Of a DNA stretch of 64,000 nt, positions 52,259-64,000 are shown piece after piece (positions within the stretch are counted from its first letter, which is position 1; each line of letters begins with the position of its first letter). A program made the position numbers and the translations under genes. The notes under the pieces were generated by a model. It worked only from the letters and a program-made list of their open reading frames with translations. It did not search any database and had not been told where the DNA came from. The DNA comes from Botryllus schlosseri (taxonomy: Eukaryota): contig CM119372.1 in the NCBI GenBank assembly GCA_051294905.1, forward strand, positions 28,150,001 to 28,214,000. The letters are read 5' to 3'.

Positions 52259-53460
52259 TAGGGCGATTTTTTTTTGACCTAAAAAACGTAAGATTTTGAC
52301 CTAAAAAATCTAAATTTTGACATTTTTTGACCTTAAAAAACTAAATTTTGACCAAATTTTGACCTAACGTATGCAAATTAGGTGTTTTCCCAAAAAATGT
52401 TAGAATTTTACTACTTATCCTCATTTTTGGTTTGAATTGTCTGTCCTTTACGAAGTAGTTTTCCCTGAAAAACTTGTTTGACTCAAAAATTGACAAGTTT
52501 TTACATGACGAAATATTATTTTAACAAAATTTAGCCCTATGATGAATTCCAGTACATGATGTACTATGGTGAAAATAATTAAAAATTGTTGTAGTACAAC
52601 GAAATATACTTTCCGGCATTCTCGGCAGGGATATCTAGATATCTAGTTCTAGATATCCCTGATTCACGGGTAAAAAGTGTCTGTCTTTACCAAGCTTGCC
52701 AAGGATGAAGATGTGGCGAGATAACGTAGTGGGATAATTCACAGCTACAACACCAATGGGTTTTAGGTTCTCGTCCGACCCAGGTCGACTCCAGAATTCC
52801 TACCCAAGTGCTCCAGAATTCCACCCAGGTTTTGAAGGTTTATCTAGGTTCCTCCTCGCCATCTCATCCGCGTAAGCGGTGTCTTACAAAAAGCATAGAA
52901 GTGGGCCGTGCTACAAATCGGCAGATACGGAATCGAAAATAAGGAATATCGGCCTGGTGTAAATGACCATTGTAGTCGACAAACACCATGAATATACAAA
53001 CAACAACAGCAAGAAGAATGGAGAAAGAACGTTCAACTGTAGTAGCTATTGGCTGGCAACACTGAAGTTGTGCGTGCGTACACTGGTGACACACCGTGTT
53101 GCTTCATTCTGACAATGGTGTACATCTCAATTTTTGTAAGAACCATGCAATGCCCACGCAGTCTTGCTTCACTTAGAATATTGCGGTAAGCTTAGCATAA
53201 CACCGTGTCAACGTATTTGTTTCATTTGACTGTTTATGATTCACAATGAGCAGACAATGCGCCGTCTGCCACGGTAGGCCTATAAAGTAGGCTACAAACT
53301 GTAAAATATCAAACGATAAGTTCACCGATTGTGCAAAATCTACGATACAAATAAAATGCAGGTTGCGAAAAATTCTGTCAATTTTGACATTTTTTGACCT
53401 AACGCTAAAATTTTGACCTTATTTTGACTTTTTTTGACATGTCAAAAAAAAATCGCCCTA
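52259..53460. mobile_element. hAT-type MITE with a nested SINE and mini-hairpin
   Basis: TIR tagggcgattttttttt / aaaaaaaatcgcccta; perfect TSD CTCATAAC. Confidence 0.9.
52710..53013 (+). mobile_element. tRNA-derived SINE family A, full length
   Basis: Homologous to 42385-42667; flanks AAGGATGAAGA/AAGAATGGAGA; empty site 'ccaagaatggagaaag' in the sister MITE at ~32880. Confidence 0.85.
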
Positions 53461-54671
53461 CTCATAACTCTCGAATTTTATTTCATCTCAACAAGCAAAT
53501 GTTGTGTACGATACTGAATATGCCATACGACTCCCACATTTGTCTCGGTATTTCTTGGAGATCGCTCCGATTATAGACAAAAATCCGTTTCAAAACAAAT
53601 TCAAAACATGGCCCTTGTTTAAAACATGTTTTTTTATAGTTTTTTAGCCATGGCGTCACGAATCTTTTATCTTTTGGCTTGGCTATTGTAAATATAGGGT
53701 GAATATGGCTCCTTCGACGAAAAAGCTTCCCACCATCTGTCATAAATAGTGGACCAGGACTATCGTACCAATGATATTTAAGTAGCCTACATGCTATGCC
53801 TGTTGAATCGACGACTATTTCGAGAGTTCCAGCAACTCCATAACGTATACATTGACTATATATTGGATGTAAATAATCCGGCTCATACCACATGTTTTTC
53901 GACACAATTATGTTATAATTAAACGATGTTTGAAATTTTTTTAAGTGTTTTTTTCAAAGGCATTTGTTCCAAACAAAAACTGTTTTACGGTGAGAATCAC
54001 GTGATCGGTAGTCGATATGTCGAGACCTGCGTAATTTCCTGAGCAGCCAAACGAATAAGCCGATGCACAACACGGCAACGCTAGTTTATATCCTATATGT
54101 TGGTGAAGCTATAACACCCAGAACCGAAGTATCACTTCGTCAGCCCCCCCCCCCCCCCCCTCTGATCATCTTCGGGCGGACGGAACCGTTGGTATATTGA
54201 CTTCGTTACATGCTGTTATTTCGTGACCTCCTGTCTGCTATATCAGGAGATATTGAAATCTCCCAAATGTACTAAACTAAAAGACGAGCACGATTCAAAA
54301 TTGGTATTTTTTCACTGGCAAATAATTTGTCCCTTCGGATGGCATTTGTCTTGTGGGGTTAAGCAGATTGTCAGGACAGCAACATTCGGCGCCAGCCATT
54401 TAGGCGCCTATATGGACTATTAAACATGTATGTAGGCCTATATATATCGAAGTTTATGGTCAGCATAAGTGCAGTCCTTCTCGGCCAAGGTTTTCTAGCC
54501 AGGGCTTTGGAGCAGCCGTAAAATTGCATTGCTCCAGCTCCGGCTCCGGAGCTGCCTTCTGTCATAGATTAGCTCCGGATCTAGCTCCGGAGCCACAATA
54601 TTACCACTGCTCCGGCTCCAGCTCCGGCTCCGGCTCCGGCTCTGAAAACTATCGAATGGGCCTGTATACAT

Positions 54672-55377
54672 CAGGGGTGGCCAACCCGCTGCCCGGGAGC
54701 CATATGTCGCCCGCGAGAAGGTTTTGAGTGGCCCGCGAGGTAATTTCCTAAATTTGTTATATTATAGAAAATGAATTGCTCATATTGTGAACTTGCATGG
54801 CCAACCAAAAATTTGATGAGTATGGCCGCGACAATTCAGATGTTGATGACTAAAATATCTGTTCCGACGCATTGGCAGATCCAGGGTCCAGTCACACTTT
54901 TAGTAAATCGTCTTACATTACAATAAACTAAAATAGTAGTTAAGTTTTTCTTCACGCTTCGCGTGTTTAATAGTCACACGATTTTTTGCTTGGTAGCCTA
55001 TCCCTTCCAGAAAATGAATAAAAGCCTAAATTACCCGATTGAGTCTAACTATATATTCGCAATTACGAGGGAAAGTCTTTTCGCGTTTGCTCTCGCAGAA
55101 AGATCGTCGACGCTGAAATGTAGGCACAAAATAATTGCCCGTCGCATGTTAGCGGAAACCTTCGATATCGATATGTCCAGATGCCGAGTAGTCTTGTCCT
55201 TGCAAACTGAGTCCAGCGGGCGGTATACAGTAGACCCGCAATATACTCAAGTAATAATATTATTGACCTAGTTCATTTATAAACTTTGAAAATTCTACGC
55301 GCTTGGTGCGGCTAGGGACCGCGCACTCGTTCGTCAATTGCATGTGGCCCTTTAGCCGAATAGGTTGGCCACTCCTG
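54672..55377. mobile_element. hAT MITE nested in 54500-59709
   Basis: TIR caggggtggccaacc / ggttggccactcctg; flanks GTATACAT/GTCTATAT. Confidence 0.8.
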
Positions 55378-55824
55378 GTCTATATAGATTACTAATCTAC
55401 ATGTAGGTTAGTTATATCTAGTAATCTAGTGTCCGTTAGCTGTCGGTAACATCGGATGCAGCAACGAAGACATAGGTGTCGCAGTGCAGGCTTGTGACGC
55501 CACAATGAATACTTGTCAATTGTCGATAACAGCATTGTTGCACTAGAACAGGGGCGGGCAACTTCTCCAGTCGGCGGGCCGGATGTAGGAAAATTAAGTA
55601 GGCCTACTTGGCGGGCCGGATAGCTAAATCGATGCATTATTCGCGCATTTATTAACATATACAAGGAATAAATGGCATTTAATGAATATATTGTAACGAC
55701 AGCAATGTCATTTCACAGCCATTTCTCGCCGATAATGACGAAGACAATGTGGATTTGGGAACACCATTGTCATACAGGCGCCGTCATGTCTGCTTCTCTC
55801 TGATCAATCAACACATGGTGCAAT

Positions 55825-56415
55825 TATAGAAATTAAACATGGAACGACAACGACCGATTTTGCAGCTTCGTTCCGCTTCGCCGGGGCTGGAGTGGAGAAT
55901 TGTTTTGCGTAAGCGCCTGTAGGATTTCTGGCAATCCAAAAGCTATCTTCCCGAACGCAGAAATTATTGAATCTGGTCTTGATCGAAAGCTACTGTTGCA
56001 CGGATTCCGAAAATATACATTAAAATATTGATCAGGCACTGATCCATCTAGAATCTGTCCTCCAAGTCTGAAATATCGTCATTGTTTAGAACAATCGGGT
56101 AACCGCAACACAATGACCATAACAATGACCCGTTGCGACTCTCCGATTGTTCGAACAATGCCGATATTTCAGACTTGGAGGACGGATTCTAGGTGGATCA
56201 GTGCCTGATAATTATTTTACTTTATATTTTCGGAATCAGTGCAACAGTAGCTTTCGATCAAAACCAGATTAAATAATTTCTGCGCTCGGGAAGATAGCTT
56301 TTGGATTGCCAGAAATCCTACAGTCGCTTACGCAAAACAATTCTCCACTCCAGCCCCGGCGAAGCGGAACGAAGCTGCAAAATCGGTCGGTGCCGTTCCA
56401 TGTTTAATTTCTATA
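55825..56415. mobile_element. Fold-back MITE, P-superfamily-like (TATAGAAATTAAACATGG termini)
   Basis: ~285-bp inverted arms with a ~22-nt spacer; perfect 7-bp TSD GTGCAAT; an empty-site homologue is at ~8730-8780. Confidence 0.9.
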
Positions 56416-56489
56416 GTGCAATCCTTAATTAAGATTTCAAGGCGCTCGATAAGCCCGGTACCCAAATTTACCAAGATATCAATTAATTA

Positions 56490-56720
56490 GGGTTGTTGTT
56501 GTATTTGTGGTATTCATGGTGTTTGTCGACTACTATGGTCATTTACACAAGGCCAATATTCTTCATTTTTATTCCGCAACTGCCGACCTATAGCACGGCC
56601 CACTTCTAGGCTTTTTTGTAAGACAACGCTTACGCGGATGAGGTGGCGAGGAGGAGCCTAGATAAACCTCCAACACTTACGTATAGGAATTCTGAAGTCG
56701 ACCTCGGTCGGACTCGAATT
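56490..56720 (-). mobile_element. tRNA-derived SINE family A, lacking the extreme 5' head
   Basis: Reverse complement of 42440-42667, including the B-box region and the (caa)n tail. Confidence 0.82.
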
Positions 56721-57689
56721 CATTAGGGTTGAGTACATCGCAAATGCCAAGAGGACTTACATTATCGGCATTTACGGTTCTATACCAATACCGAGAAAAC
56801 CGTTACCGATAATCGACATTACCGAGAACGGCCAATGCCAAGAATCTAACTTACTGAGAAGGCGTTGTCGAGAAATTTACATCTGAGAATTGACACCGAA
56901 TGGGGCAAAGTCACATACATTGCATTCTCGGTAATAGCTTTCTCGGTAGTGGTTTTCTCGGTATTGACCGGACACCGGCCGGCGGGCCACATTATCAACT
57001 AAGACGGGAAACTCTCCGCGAGCCGGACAAAATCCCTTCGCGGGCCGGATCCGGCTCGAGGGCCGTATGTTGCCCGCCCCTGCACTAGAACGCACTTTGC
57101 TCCATGCCATTGCTGTGTACAGCATTAAAATTCTGATGCGGCGTTTTTTCACACTGTCACTGTACTCGTTAACATTAAGCCATGTACACTGTACACTGTG
57201 CCATGTACATTGCGCCGTGCCCGTAACGAATTAAACTATGCACATTTACTAGTCACAGTGCACGATAGTTCGGGAATAACAGAATATCAAGCAGACATCA
57301 AGAATGAATACACGAAACAGATGATTACAAATTGGTAGCTCGTACCAGAGTTGGATCAATTGTAATTTGTAATTGTAATTGAATGTAATATATTACATTT
57401 TTCTATGTAATTGTAATGTAATTATAATTGAAGCATTTTTATTTTGTGTAATTGTAATTGTAATTGTAATTTGACAAAAATTTTGCTCAATTACAATTTC
57501 AATTACATTAAATTGCTATTGAGACCTGACAAGCACAACATAAAACAATTGACTTATAATGCATTCTCTTTAAATGTCGACAAGGAATTTGGTGGATCCA
57601 TTCCTGGAAGCCCTTGACTGCGCCCTTGCGGGCGAAGTGTTTTATTTATTTTTACCGCTATGCTGACCTCGGCTGCCATAGTATACAAT

Positions 57690-58250
57690 TTTTAGATTAC
57701 TAACCAACGGATGGATTCGCAACACGTGACTCACGATTGAATACGCCGAGAAGCGAACTGCTGAGCCGGCTAAAAGCAGCAGAATTGATATTCCCATACC
57801 TGGCGATCCAAGCGTCGAAATTTGATATGTATGGTCCTAATCGAATGCTAGTGTCGCACTGATTCCACAATAAAAGTATATTTCCAGGCAATGATACCAT
57901 CCCAAAATAGTCGTGAAAGTCTGGGAATCGGCATTGTTCTGAACAATCGCTGGGCGTAATTGGTAATTGTTGTGGTCATGCTGCTGCAGCGCTCTCACTT
58001 TTCAGAAGAGTCGGCCTTAAACGGCTATTTTGGAGCAGTTACATTGTCCTGACGAGATTTTATTTTGTATTTTCGGAATTAGTACATCAATAGCTTACGA
58101 TAAAGACCAGATGCATCAAATTTGGACGAATGGATCGCCAGCACTAGGACTACAAAGTTTGCTGCTTTTAGCCGGCTCTGCAGTATGTTTGTCGGTGCAT
58201 TCATCCGTGACTCACATCTTGCGCATCTATCCGTGGGTTGGCAATCTACA
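57690..58250. mobile_element. Old, diverged fold-back MITE (TATAGATTACTAACC-type termini)
   Basis: Degenerate ~200-bp inverted arms (e.g. gagccggctaaaagcagca / tgctgcttttagccggctc); flanks ATACAAT/ATACGAT. Confidence 0.7.
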
Positions 58251-58616
58251 ATACGATTTCAGATCACGATGCTGCATCGTTATTTCGTCTGGCTAACTAA
58301 CCAGACCACTGGATATTATATAACGTCTTATCTGACAAAGCACGGTTTTGTTTTCACTCCTCATCCTAATTCCTACGTCCCTCGATAAAAATAATATTAT
58401 TTCTTTAATTATATAGCCTACTATAGACGCAAATCCAACACGTGCATATATTATAATAGTTTTTCAACGACATACTGCACCCTATCCTTAATCCTAACCC
58501 ATAGGAAATTAGGTAAATAACATTTTACATTTCCAATCATGTGAGCCATAATTACCGAGCATTCAAAACACGCTTATATTACGCCACAATGACATCTCAC
58601 ACAGCATACTATGTAC

Positions 58617-58662
58617 TATAGATTACTAACCTACGTACCGTACCGTAGGTTAGTAATCTATA
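58617..58662. repeat. 46-bp TSD-flanked mini-palindrome (putative excision footprint)
   Basis: 19-bp perfect arms TATAGATTACTAACCTACG, filler TACCGTAC, perfect 8-bp direct repeat CTATGTAC. Confidence 0.8.
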
Positions 58663-61574
58663 CTATGTACGCACATAAACGCTTTTATTACTACACAATC
58701 TGAACTAGACTTGAATTGTTGTTAAATACGACGCTACGGTTGTCAAGGAGCACGGTTGAATTTATGATTATTAAATTACATGTTCAACAGCAGCAATTGT
58801 AATTGTAATTGTAATGTAATTGAAGCATGCAAGGAGTAATTGTAATTGTAATTGTAATTTGATATTTTTAGCATGGAGTAATTGTAATTGTAATGTAATT
58901 GAAACATTAATGAAAGTAATTGTAATTGTAATTGTAATTGAACTGAAATAATGTAATTGATCCAACTCTGGCTCGCACCGCGACAATTGTTTGCTCAGCG
59001 TTCTGGCGTTCTGGGATACTCTTCTGCCATCCCCTATTCACGCTCGAAAATCCTTGCTGGAGTGAATGACGATCATTCGCAGTAATCAACTCCAATTCGC
59101 AAGCGCATACAAAATAGCACTGTCCAATTTCGCGCCCCGATTAAAAACAACTATCACGAAAGAACGAGTGTTGGCTCATCCGATTCATAGCAGCGATGAG
59201 ATGGAATTTCACGGCGCGTGCTCATCATATCGACATGAGCAATGAAATCACGTTTTTATCCTCTGTACCATTTCGCGTAATACATAGTGATCATTATTTT
59301 CGAACCGTACGATTGGCCAACAAGGTTGAGCTGATGATGGAATTGCGGGTATGATGAATACCCACAATATTCACAGGCATATATCGCATACCGAGGCTCG
59401 GCGCTCATGTTAGGAAATTGAACATTGAATATATGACTGCTCTGCTGTAAAATCCCCAGGAAAAGGTAGCGCCAAAGAGGCAAAGATTATTAATTTCGCC
59501 AAGGCCTGCTGTTGAATTATGTGAAATCAGCAGATATGGTTGTTGCTTATATAATATCATCTTATGAAATACGTCGGAGCCGGAGCTATTCCTCAAATAA
59601 CTGGCTCCTGCTCCTGCTCCGGCTCCGACTGGATTTTATGCAAAGTTCCGGCTCCGGCTCCGATGAAAATGCACGGCTCCGGAGCTCCGGCTCCGGCTCA
59701 AAAGTCCTGTTTCTAGCTGCCGATCGTTCTGGCACACTTCTTGCAGTCGCATGTTACATGGTCTACTAAAACTTTATGTCTTGGTGCGTCGTGGCGCGAT
59801 AATGACCGACGCCGAAATTCCCATTTCTATAAATCATGCGTATTTTTTTTCTTGGAGAAACAGTACCCAAAAACCAAGATATTTGGAAATATTAAATCGC
59901 ATGCCGCGCGAAAAAAGTTTGAAAAAGTCGTCAAAATTTCAAAAAAATACTCTATAATTTATGCTAATTCACGAAATAATTTTTGGCCCCCTTCGGGCTC
60001 GACACATTATGGATGCATGTTGTTATTTCGTGACTTCCGGACAAGATTGTCGCTACTCACTTGATATAGGTATCGTTCACACGTACTTTACGAAACTAGA
60101 AAAACTCTTTTTCTGAGACGGACTCGATTCTAAATTCGCATTTCCCCAAAGGCCGCAATATTTTACTCTCAAAGTCGCATTTATATCGCTCGCCTCAGAT
60201 TGCAGCGACAGGGCTATTTAGCGCCAGCCCCATTTCTTTTTGGCCTTATATTGAATCGCATCTCGTACCCCCTACAATAGTGCTTCTCACCACCAAGGGG
60301 TCAATGTACCCTTGAGCAAGAACAGCTGAATTACGATCTAGGCACGCAGGCGAAAGATTGCTGTAATTTAGATAGGGGTGAACTGGTGAAGATAATGCCA
60401 TTTGTACAATGACATTGTATTATCACGCCGTGTATCTTAACGATGATTCATCTGTTTTTACCTATAACAGACTCATATCAGTACCAGACTCCTATGAGTT
60501 TGATAGGTGCCTAAGCACAGCAACTATTGAAACCGAAAAAAACTCAGTATTGAAGAATAAATGTCGCTCTATAGTGAGAGCACAAGAAGTATTTACTTAA
60601 TTGTACAAATTCCAAGTTTCTTTTGCATGGTTCATTGTGCTGTCATCGAATTGTATTATCTTCAATCTCCCATTACTTCAAATACTATGATCTAAGAAAG
60701 TTCATATCTTGACATTTCTATACCAAGTCTTTACGTCTTAAATCAGATATTTCGAAGTCACTACGAAGTCAATATTGTTTTTTGTAGTTCCCGGCAAAGT
60801 CAGTTCATGCAGTAGCGCAAACGTACGGGCCCATTGAAGCATTGTGTTTTGTGGATTTAGCCTTCAGTCAGCGTTGTTAGTTTTTTCCATAAATGATTTT
60901 CTGCCCAGCTAAAAACTTTTAGTTTTTGATTTCTGCTGTTTTGTGGTGTACTTTTATGAAGTGGGAATGTACAGTTTCGGCCCTTCATGTATTTGGAGAA
61001 TTGCTTTAATATTTTAACCCTATATGTGTGACTGTGTGTGTTAGATATTAATACAGTGTCGTCGGAATATGGTACATTATAACTAACCGGAAGGTTATAT
61101 GCGTTCTATGTGATCAGTACCAATTGCTGCAGCATAGCACATCTGCAAATACTTAAGTACACAAAAGTACAGTGTTTTTAATGCGTTGTCTGCCTTTACA
61201 CATGACTATGAATGAACAATATATTTTCCGCTTTATTCGGACAAAATCGTGTCACCGCTCTATTGGTCAAGATTGGGTGAATTCACAGTGTCCGAATTAT
61301 GCGAAGTCGTCTGTATTCGGTGTATCATACCCCTGCAGGCATCATGATGTAAATATTTGGTTCCCGGGATATATTTACACCTAACACAAGACTATAGGTA
61401 ACTTGCTTGACTGCTACATATATTGCTCGATTCAGTACATATGTATCCTCGGCTTGACGGTTACTTTCCCAATTCCCATCGTCAAGCTAACGAGTAACCA
61501 ATATAATACATCCTAACCTAAGCCGTCGTTATTGTGAGACTACTTGCTGTAATATGTCTATGCAACAAGTAGCC

Positions 61575-62200
61575 TGTGGGATGTTCCTCACTTGTGCGGA
61601 TGAAAAAAATTGCAGTGCTGATGACAAACTTGGTGCGGATGAGTGCGGATAAAAATTCGGATGGGTGCGGATGGAATTCGTAAATAATAATTGTTGCCGG
61701 ATCCGGCCCGCGACGGGATTTTGTCCGGCCCGCGGACAGTTTCCCGTCTTAGTTGATAATGTGGCCCGCCGGCCGGTGTCCGGTCAATACCGAGAAAGCC
61801 ATTACCGATAATGGACCCCACCGAGAAGGGACATTACCGAGAATGCAATGCAGGCATGTTATGCATATATACAGGTCGTGTGTTTATGCATGAAGGCTTT
61901 GCTGCATTCGGTGTCGATTCTCAGCTATAAGTTTCTCGACAACGCATTCTCAGTAAGTTAGATTCTTGGCATTGGCCGTTCTCGGTAATGTCCATTCTCG
62001 GTAATGGTTTTTTCGGTGTTGGTATAGAACAGACATGGGGTAATCGTGATTAGTAATCGTAATCGATTACGGCGATTACAGCATTTTCAAGTAATCGTAA
62101 TCGCAATCGATTACATTCGAAAAAATTCCGAAGTAATCGTAATCGTAATCTACTACTTCCCATATCTAATCGATTTCTCTGTGAAAGAACGATTACTTTT
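61575..62200. mobile_element. Cluster of MITE ends (gcggat repeats; taccgagaa family; gtaatc repeats)
   Basis: 61695-62030 is the reverse complement of 56775-57055; a new end starts at 62030 (cagacatggggg followed by gtaatc repeats). Confidence 0.65.
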
Positions 62201-63634
62201 TATTTGTACAAGGATTATGACATAAACTGAACATTCGTGAACAAGGAAAGATGTTATACCAGGCTCGTGACAGCACAAACGTCTGGTTTTCAAACGCCAC
62301 CGCTCATTATCATCATCATCATCATTGGTTCATTATTACGTCAGAAGCAGCCTATTAGCTTTGCGCGTCATTGTGTAAGAAGTATCCACAGTAAATAGAT
62401 ATTCGATGTACCTACGTCGTCCATTAGTATGATTATAAGAACACCCGCCGTGCTGTATATCAGGTTATCAACGCGTTCCACACGCCTACCTTGCAGCAGT
62501 ATAATTTATCTCCGCTCTGCCTATAGTTTAAAATAGTAACTTATGTGTTGATGTTTGGTTATGCTTATGCTTAGTTAAACGCAGTTTGACCGTTGCTGCT
62601 TGGCGAGCAGTAGGCCTATCCAGTACGTACGTACACCGGACAAAGATTTGAAATTTTCTACTCGTCAAATAAAACATTGCGGTTTCCACAACGAAGCAGT
62701 AAAAATCAACAGCTGGTGATATATACACTGTAAAAAATCTGGTAGATATACTGGGAAATCTCTGTAAATTTTACAACGAATTACCGGTCGCAGCCAATAA
62801 CTGTGCGTATAGCTTGTAATTTTATATTTTGATATGTAATATTACCTTAGTTTAGCTGTGAAGTCAAGTTACCAGAATTTCTTCGCAAAATTACTGACAG
62901 TTACTCGTAACTGCAGTTTACCAGGCTATTGGGAAGATTGATTAGCTTCATAATCGCTGCAGCCAATATATACGTGGAAATGAATGTTACTGATATATCA
63001 TTCTCGTGGTGATTTGACTTGATTCAACCTCGTTCGCGAAACTGGGGTCTGTCGTACGGAAATTGTTGGCCCTAATAGCAATTTCAGTATAGTACATAGT
63101 AGGGTACAAGAAACAACTGACAATCGTAGCTAATGTGGTTACGCCATAGCCATTATATTATATTATAATGCTATATGGCTATACGGCCGTTCTCGCTGGT
63201 TACATTCGTTGTTACGGATAGGGCTGATAAGTTAGGAAATCAGTTAACGTTATATAATATTGTTCGGGAAACTAGAAATATCAGCACCGCATGCTCAGTT
63301 GACCATTTGCTAATGGCGGACAAGGCGACCTGTAATAGGTTACAATAGGTTACCGTTACGCGTTACTGGTTTTCTGAGATTCGTAGTAAACAGCCAACGC
63401 ACAACTGTGACATCACAAGCAGCGTCTCGTTTAGTAAGTACAGTAAGTAGTGAACAACACTTGGGATAAATATCTATTTATACGAAATTAGATGGAAAAG
63501 AAAGAAACTGTATGTAATGATAAATGTTTCTGCATGAAAGAGAAATAACCCAAGTCAAACATTATAACGTGGCCAGTAAATATTATTGGTGGTATGTCAG
63601 CGGATGAATACGACTTATTTCGAAATCCTTCGAG

Positions 63635-63654
63635 TATAGAAATTAATTTCTATA
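63635..63654. repeat. 20-bp TSD-flanked palindrome made of the termini of the 55825-56415 family (putative excision footprint)
   Basis: CTTCGAG-TATAGAAATTAATTTCTATA-CTTCGAG. Confidence 0.8.
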
Positions 63655-64000
63655 CTTCGAGTGTCGTATCGTTGTCTGGCCATTATTGAGATTTGAGCAA
63701 AGGGTGGGGCGAAGCTTGTTGTACTTGAAGAAAGTGGACACGATCGTGGAAGATTCCTAGGAACGCTGAATGGGATACGCATCGTAAAAGGTACAGTACT
63801 ATATAGTATTTGCTACCGTGAATATCCGCGACTGTGCAATGTGCACACCACTTTGATTTCATTCTCCGCATTCTCTGTTCTATTTTGGGATATTAGTCGA
63901 CTTATATAGTGACCTGTGACACCACATACTCCGTCGCGGAGGAATTTAAACTGTTGGCTTGTTTATGTCATTTTCGGGCCATAGCATAGAGATGTTTTCA

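Larger units (their letters stand above)
55549..57082. mobile_element. hAT MITE nested in 54500-59709, itself hosting a fold-back element and a SINE
   Basis: Perfect TIR caggggcgggcaac; perfect TSD CACTAGAA; partial inverted sister at 61695-62030. Confidence 0.88.
57346..58970. mobile_element. (gtaatt)n-subterminal hAT-type MITE
   Basis: TIR cagagttggatcaatt / aattgatccaactctg; TSD GCTCGTAC/GCTCGCAC. Confidence 0.88.
54500..59709. mobile_element. (ggctcc)n-subterminal hAT-type MITE inflated to 5.2 kb by nested insertions
   Basis: Ends cagggctttggagc / gctcaaaagtcctg; perfect TSD TTTCTAGC; ggctcc arrays at both ends. Confidence 0.85.

Noticed and set aside
62726..62740. CACTGTAAAAAAT, an EnSpm/CMC-like left terminus
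   Set aside because: No matching right terminus or TSD was found in the window.
63683..63871. Short ORF or possible exon near the window end
   Set aside because: No recognisable homology, and stops occur in the candidate plus-strand frames.

Overview
Eukaryotic, AT-rich, repeat-dense animal DNA. An ascidian/tunicate is my best inference, based on the style of the C-type lectin and the repeat landscape; it is not proven. Two credible protein-coding genes are present. One is an intronless CYP4-family cytochrome P450 (12990-14534, -), the only intact member of a tandem array of four paralogues; the other three (19375-20028, 22680-24458, 30541-32086) are disrupted. The other is a 3-exon secreted C-type lectin with a QPD motif (50845-51987, +). 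Most of the rest is transposon-derived: more than 20 non-autonomous hAT-type elements with readable 8-bp TSDs, often nested up to four deep, tRNA-derived SINEs, and decayed L1/Tx1, RLE-type non-LTR, Chapaev3-like and hAT transposase remnants. The most unusual signal is a set of ~560-590-bp fold-back elements with (C/T)ATAG termini and 7-bp TSDs, together with 20-46-bp TSD-flanked mini-palindromes built from the same or similar terminal sequences. These look like P-superfamily elements and their excision footprints. No rRNA, bona fide tRNA gene or CRISPR array was seen.
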